A DNA stretch of 64,000 nucleotides from Gracilinanus agilis. Taxonomy: Eukaryota. A program made the translations under genes and the position numbers. The notes beneath the pieces were generated by a model that did not search any database, was not told the origin of the DNA, and saw only the letters and a program-made list of their open reading frames with translations. Every line of letters starts with the position of its first letter. Within the stretch, counting starts at the first letter, position 1. Location of the stretch: the NCBI RefSeq assembly GCF_016433145.1, contig NC_058132.1, forward strand, positions 134,852,425 through 134,916,424, given 5' to 3'. Shown here in pieces: positions 63,136 to 64,000 of the stretch.

Positions 63136-64000
63136 ATAGTTTCCTGCACAATTATGAAAGATATGTCTTGTTTCTTGATTGTTGCAAAAGTAATGAAAAT
63201 AGGATATTTTGGGGAAAAGATGTTTATATAAACATATAAACATATGTTCACATAAACATTTAAATAACTTCCTATTGGAGGGAAGATATTTTATCTTTGT
63301 TGATGGTTACTATTTCTTAATGAGATGGAATGAACAGAATTTTCAAATTAACTCTGGTACCAAAACCCTAGAATCTCAGTGTCCAAAGTGACACTGCCTC
63401 CTGCAATGACTAACTGATGGAAGAATACCATCTGTAACATCCTTGACAGCTGGCTATCTGACTTTGGCTTAAAGACCTCAAAAATGGTGACAATAGGGCT
63501 GCCCTTGTATAAAGCACATTAAGGTCTGTAACACTAATTCATATGATCCTCACAAGAGTCCCCTGAAGCAGATGTTATTATTGTCTAATTTTGCAGATGA
63601 GGAAACTGCTCCTTAAACCTAGAGACTGAGCTGGAAACTTGCTAGTCTACCTTTTTGTCCCTATGATCCTTGCACATATTTGTCATGCCTATGCCTTAAT
63701 CTAATGATAGCCATGAACTTTTACAGTTTTAGCACATCTCCTCCCAGGTTGCATTTTTATAAAGTCTTAGGATTATATACATATATATAATCCAAAGACT
63801 TATATATAATCCCTTGAGTTAATTTCACTGTCTTTCCTATGATGGGGGCACTGACATATCTTTTCCCAAACCTTAATAATAAATAAGATGAATAAGGTAG
63901 TTGAGTTCTCTACTCTCTATAAAACAATAAGAGATGGATCTACTAGATAGAAGAGTTTCTTGAGAAATTCCATCAATATTCACAAAATCTACATTAGTCC

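Noticed and set aside
1-64000. Most ORFs in the supplied six-frame track
   Set aside because: They are 60-160 codons, often start at non-ATG codons, and largely overlap SINE/LINE or microsatellite sequence; expected by chance in AT-rich mammalian DNA.

Overview
AT-rich eukaryotic genomic DNA, most consistent with a didelphid marsupial (opossum). It carries many marsupial MAR1-type SINEs (MIR core plus RTE-type tail), opossum SINE1-type copies and an opossum-type L1 ORF2 3' end. Much of the window is interspersed repeat (L1, L2, L3/CR1, MIR, MAR1, SINE1, hAT MITEs, at least one solo LTR) plus microsatellites and two N gaps. There are no prokaryotic genes, rRNA, true tRNA or CRISPR arrays. No protein-coding gene could be named. 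The unique sequence contains several segments bounded by good splice signals: a minus-strand series from about 55.9 kb to 3.1 kb (including a 239-nt open exon at 37.5-37.7 kb, a possible TATA-driven first exon at 16.7-16.9 kb and several micro-exons) and a plus-strand series at 1.7-7.5 kb. These may be a poorly conserved gene or lncRNA pair or partly chance matches, and they need RNA-seq. The best-supported notable features are transposon events: two young CAGGGG-ended hAT MITEs with 8-bp TSDs, an inverted tail-less L1 RT fragment inside another L1, a 32-bp duplication 5.3 kb apart, and a 17-bp perfect hairpin inside a solo LTR. I found no convincing evidence for a new biological system. Repeat family names come from recalled consensus similarity, not a database search, and most repeat boundaries are approximate.
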